Below, piece after piece: positions 59,827 through 64,000 of a DNA stretch of 64,000 bases. A program made the translations under genes and the position numbers. This DNA comes from Alphaproteobacteria bacterium. GTDB taxonomy: Bacteria; Pseudomonadota; Alphaproteobacteria; JAAXGF01. Numbering within the stretch: position 1 is the stretch's first letter; every line of letters starts with the position of its first letter. Below the pieces are notes generated by a model, which did no database searches, had not been told where the DNA came from, and saw only the letters and a program-made list of their open reading frames with translations. Location: contig CAUVXB020000001.1 of the NCBI GenBank assembly GCA_963555825.3, positions 512,001 through 576,000 on the forward strand. Reading direction: 5' to 3'.

Positions 59827-61481
59827 GGGTGTGGGTCTGGTATGGAAAATCTAAGTCATTGATTTAGTGCGTTTTTTGTGTCGAGACGAACGGCCGAAAT
59901 CGGCTATTCGTGACAATGGGCCGCTCCAAGGCAGGATTTTGTTACGACGGCAGGGTCGAGCAGGGGAAGGTGGGAACGCTCCGCACCGCCAGAAGCGGTA
60001 CGATGCCGTGTCTCGAAACCCAACATCGGGAGCATTCCCATGGCAGTATCCCCGCCTCCGGCGCCTTCGTCCATCGATCTTTCCGGCCTGCCTCCTCGGG
60101 TCGTCGAGGCGGCCGCCCGGGTGCTCGCACTGTGTCGCGAGGAGCTTCGTTCCGAGCCGCGCCCCGAGGCGCCCGAGGAGGTCGAGTTGCGGGTGCGTGA
60201 GGCCACGAACGAGTTCGCTCGCGATGTCATGGGCGCCGTCATCGAGAACCGGGACGATGGCGCTTCCCGGATCGAGCGGGACGGGCAGAGCTGGTTCCGG
60301 GTCGCGGTGACGCCGAAGACGATCATGACCTCGCTCGGTCCGGTGACCTACCGGCGAGCGCGTTACCGCAGCGGCGCGAGCGGGGCATCGCCGGTGCCGG
60401 TCGACGAGAGCCTGGGCCTCGTCGACGATTACCTGACGCGGCCGGCGGCCGAGCTCGGTCTGCTGATGATGGGTCACTGCACGGCCCGGGAAGCGGCGGC
60501 GTTCTTTGCGAAGACCGGCGCCATGACGCCGTCGGTGAGCACCCTGCAGCGCCTGACCCTGAGCATGCACGAATGCTGGGAGAGCCTCGGCCCGGAGACG
60601 CTGGGCAGCATCCGTGAGGCCGAGGGCATACCCGCAGGACGCGACCACCGCCTCGGTCTCCCTCGACGGCGTCATGGTGCCGCTGAGACCCGGCGAGGAC
60701 GGTCGCGCCAAGGCCTCCTGGCGCGAGGCTGCCTGCGGCACGGTCTCCTTCCACGACGCCGAGGGCAAGCGCCTGAAGACCCTCTATCTCGGCCGCATGC
60801 CGGAGAGCGGCAAGCTCACGCTGAAGGCGCAGCTTGCAAGCGAAGTCGCACACATCAGGCGAGCACGCCCCGAGATCGGGATCGTCGCTATCGCCGATGG
60901 CGCCGCCGACAACTGGACCTTCCTGGAGACCCTGTCGCCCGAAACCGAGGTGATCGACTTCTGGCATGCTTGCGAACATCTGCAAACCGCGTCCGACCAT
61001 GCCGTGGCGCCCGGCTGGTTCGAGAAGTACCGCGAGATCCTCCGTCACGATCCCCGTGGCGTCGCCAAGGTGATCCGGGCGCTGCGCCACCTTCGCGATG
61101 CCGCCGCTGCGCCGGACCGGGCCGAGACCGAGCGGGAACTCGCCTTCTTCCGCAAGCATCGCCATCGCATGCGCTACCACGCCCTGAAGGAAGAGGGCAT
61201 CGCCATCGGCTCAGGCGTGGTCGAAGCTGCCAACAAGACCCTGGTGACACAGCGCATGAAGCGCTCCGGCATGCGCTGGCGGATCGTCGGCGGACAGGCT
61301 GTTCTGACCTTCCGCGCCCTGATCAAATCCGGCCGCTTCGAGCGGGCATGGAAGGCCCTGATCAGCGCAACCGACACACCGGCCAACGACAACATCAGTC
61401 CACGTGCAGCAGCCATGGCAATCGCTGCCTGAACTCAACGAACCAAGCCGCAGACATCACTGCCATGCGAGACTCGCACCC
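59827..61481 (+). mobile_element. ISKra4-like element
   Basis: GGGTGTGGGTCT ... AGACTCGCACCC; imperfect flanking repeat AGCTGGAC/AGCCGGAC. Confidence 0.75.
60040..61432 (+). pseudogene. ISKra4-like transposase with frameshift near 60631
   Basis: TSLGPVTYRRARY, then VSLDG, IADGA..NW, DFWHACEHL and IGSGVVEAANK...RMKRSGMRW in a second frame. Confidence 0.78.
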
Positions 61482-61860
61482 AGCCGGACACCTCGCCGAT
61501 CATGAAGGCACAGCCCGCGCAAATCAGCGCGATCCATGGCAAGAGGCCCCGGTGCTGGCGCGCCGCCGGCATGCGAAGCGCGGCAATGCCGTATACTAGC
61601 GCGACAAGCAACACGACGACCTGGACGTTTTCTAGAATGCCCAACTCGCCGTCGAAATATTGCGCATAATACTGGGCATCCCAAAACGCAACGGCATACA
61701 AGACGCATATGGTGGCGAGCGGGATGGCCAGGGTCATCCAACGCGACAATTCCGCTTCGATACCCGCCGACGGGCGATCGCTTGCGGCTCCGTTCGACCG
61801 ACCGTTACCCGTCCGCTCGCTCTCCGACATCCGAGTTCTGTTTCCGTGCTATCGATATTC

Positions 61861-61936
61861 TGGTGCCGGCGGCAGGAATCGAACCCGCGACCTGATGCTT
61901 ACAAGGCAACTGCTCTACCAACTGAGCTACGCCGGC
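61861..61936 (-). tRNA. tRNA-Thr(TGT)
   Basis: GCCGGCGTAGCTCAGTTGGTAGAGCAGTTGCCT-TGT-AAGCATCAGGTCGCGGGTTCGATTCCTGCCGCCGGCACCA; 76 nt with CCA end. Confidence 0.96.
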
Positions 61937-62790
61937 CCGGACGCGGGGCGCACGATAGCGCCGAGACCCGCCCCGGGCAAGCTTGCCGCTGCGCCATCGG
62001 CAACCGCCAGCGCATAGAGAGCGACCGCGGCGGCGGCCGCGACGTTCAGGCTTTCGACGGCGTCCGAGATCGGCAGATGAACCGCCACGTCGCAACCGTC
62101 ACGGGTCAGGCGCCGCAGACCCGGCCCTTCGGCGCCGAGGACCAGCGCGATGGGCCCGTCGGGGGCGCCGCCGGCAATCGGCGCGGCCGCGGCACGGTCG
62201 AGCCCGACCACCCAATAGCCCAGTGTCTTGAGGCTCGCGAGGGCACGAGCGAGGTTGGCTACGCGCACCAGCGGCACGATATCGAGCGCGCCGGATGCCG
62301 CCTTGGCGAGCGCGCCGCTTTCATGCGGCGCATGGCGGTCCGGCACGATTACGGCGCGGACGTCGAACGCCGCCGCCGCGCGCAGAACCGCGCCGACGTT
62401 CTGCGGGTCGGTAACCCGATCGAGGACGACGACCCGCTGCGCGGCGTTTCCGCTCGTCGCGCAGGCAGTCTCCAGGGACAAACCGGCCAGCGGGACGCAT
62501 TCCAGCGCGAGGCCCTGATGCACGGCGCCGGGCGGTAACGCGCGGCTGATCTCGTCACGTTCGGTCTCGACGATGGTCAACCCTGGCCGGCCGAAGTCTT
62601 CGCCCAGGTCGCCGCGGAGCTCGGCGAGCGCGGGAGGCGTCGCCGACAGGCGTCGGCAGTCGCGTTCCGGGTTGCCGAGCGCGGCGATAACCGCGTGCCG
62701 GCCGTACAGCCGGACCGGCACGTCGGACGAAGTTCCGCGGCGTGGCGGCCGGGACTTCTGGTAGCTCGATCTGGGCTTGCGTCGGGTCAT
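61927..62790 (-). CDS. rlmB: 23S rRNA 2'-O-methyltransferase, TrmH/SpoU family
   Basis: LYGRHAV, HQG, LDRVTDPQNVGA, KAASGA, LGAEGPGLR, ESLNV. Confidence 0.88.
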   Translation of the reverse strand: MTRRKPRSSYQKSRPPRRGTSSDVPVRLYGRHAVIAALGNPERDCRRLSATPPALAELRGDLGEDFGRPGLTIVETERDEISRALPPGAVHQGLALECVPLAGLSLETACATSGNAAQRVVVLDRVTDPQNVGAVLRAAAAFDVRAVIVPDRHAPHESGALAKAASGALDIVPLVRVANLARALASLKTLGYWVVGLDRAAAAPIAGGAPDGPIALVLGAEGPGLRRLTRDGCDVAVHLPISDAVESLNVAAAAAVALYALAVADGAAASLPGAGLGAIVRPASGPA

Positions 62791-62798
62791 GGTTTATT

Positions 62799-64000
62799 CC
62801 CGCATTTCCCAAGTATCGTCGATATTCAGTGCGGCGAGAAGGCGATTCTGCTATAAGAATCATGAAGTTGTAGCATACATGGAGCGGCGGATATGGCACA
62901 CCCGATGGGTGAATCGAAACCGGGGTGCCTTCGGGTCGTTTTTGACCGTCGATTGAAGCTTGAATTCCACGGTTCCAAGATCACCTCTGATGCCGGGTTG
63001 CTCGCCTACCGGGAGCTTGACGATGCCCTCGGCCTGACTGAGATGGCCGAGGGTGTTTTCCAGGATAGCCGTACCGGCAAGAACGGATGGCACGGCATGA
63101 CGGGTCAGTTTCGCCAGTCCGTTTTCGGGCGCCTTGGCGGCTATGACGATGTGAACGACGCCGACCGTCTGGGACGCGATCCCGCCATGCGCTGGATTGT
63201 TGGCGGCAAGGCCATCGAAAGACAGGCCGCTTCCACCAGCCAGATGGGACGCTTCGAGACGGAGCTATTGGCCACCGACGAGAACGTTGAAGCCTTGGTC
63301 GACATGAACGGGGTGTGGATCGACAAGGTTCATGACCGCCATCCGCCGAAGATGATCATTCTCGACATGGACAGCAGCGTCAGCCCGACCCATGGCGAAC
63401 AAGAGGGAACAGCGTACAATGGTCACTTCGGCTGTACCTGCTAGCATCCGCTATTCCTGTTCAACCAGTTCGGCGACTTGGAGAGATGTTCCCTGCGCCC
63501 CGGTAATGTTCACAGTGCCGACGGATGGCGGAATGTTCTGGAGCCGGTGGTGATGCGCTATAAGGAAAGGAAGGTGCGGCTGTATTTTCGTGGCGATGCC
63601 GCCTTCGCCTCACCGGAGATATACGAATATCTCGAAGCCGAGGGATTACTCTACGTCATCCGCCTCAAAGCGAACGCGATTCTCCAGCGGAACATTGCCC
63701 ATCTGCTTACGCGACCTGTCGGTCGCCCGCCCGACCATGTTCGCCGTTTCCACGCCAGCTTCAGCTATCAGGCCGGATCGTGGAACAAGAAGCGCCGTGT
63801 CGTGGCCAAAGTGGAGTGGCACCCCGGCGAGCTGGTTCCTCGCGTCGGTTTCATCGTCACTAATCTGTCGCGCCCTACCAAGCGGGTGGTGGCGTTCTAT
63901 AATCACCGTGGCACGGCGGAGCAGCACATCAAGGAAGGCAAGAACGCCATCAACTGGACCCGTCTGTCATGTCGCAAGTTCCGCAACAATGCCGTTCGGC
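62799..64000 (+). mobile_element. IS1380-family element, second copy (runs off the window); transposase has an in-frame TAG at 63442-63444
   Basis: Close match to 50778 onward; TGC TAG CAT here versus TGC TAT CAT in copy 1. Confidence 0.88.

Larger units (their letters stand above)
59402..61830 (-). pseudogene. membrane protein interrupted by an ISKra4-like element
   Basis: N part 61830->61482 (E.GILEN.Q...IGEVS) and C part 59826->59402 (SYGQHFMGWQTP...NKQQETNLHN). Confidence 0.8.

Noticed and set aside
61861-61936. tRNA-Thr as integration site of an island in this window
   Set aside because: I found no duplicated 3' end of this tRNA and no integrase; the downstream gene begins 30 bp away.
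10063-63444. Amber recoding (pyrrolysine or Tyr) suggested by in-frame TAGs at 10063, 20570 and 63442
   Set aside because: TAG is a normal stop for intact genes here (9644, 22805, 37050, 41521). Two of the three cases are in a degraded gene or an IS, and no pyl genes are seen.

Overview
High-GC bacterial chromosome segment, most consistent with an alphaproteobacterium (ccr, tdm-like gene, rlmB next to a tRNA, alpha-type repeats). The backbone carries genes for methylated-amine/C1, organosulfur, amino-acid and acyl-CoA catabolism, a TPR/beta-barrel + FecR + CHASE2-cyclase cluster, and tRNA-Thr(TGT). Roughly 18-19 kb (about 30%, summed from my own boundaries) is insertion sequence: IS630, IS1182/IS5-like, IS3-like, IS481-like, IS256, IS1595, IS1380 and ISKra4-like, often nested. 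There are many gene fragments and single-base lesions. The most unusual structures are: (1) an IS3-like element flanked by 14-bp target duplications in both copies; (2) two structurally related MITE-like palindromic elements, one inserted in frame in a lipoprotein signal peptide; (3) a CII-like regulator, small secreted protein and triple C-rich-loop hairpin (cuckoo/CcsR-like sRNA candidate) module; (4) tRNA-3'-end-like direct repeats bracketing a GIY-YIG gene next to TTCCCTG repeats; (5) a low-GC oxidoreductase islet bounded by a 149-bp duplication of the prpE/ggt junction. All family assignments come from motif recognition by eye; no searches were run.
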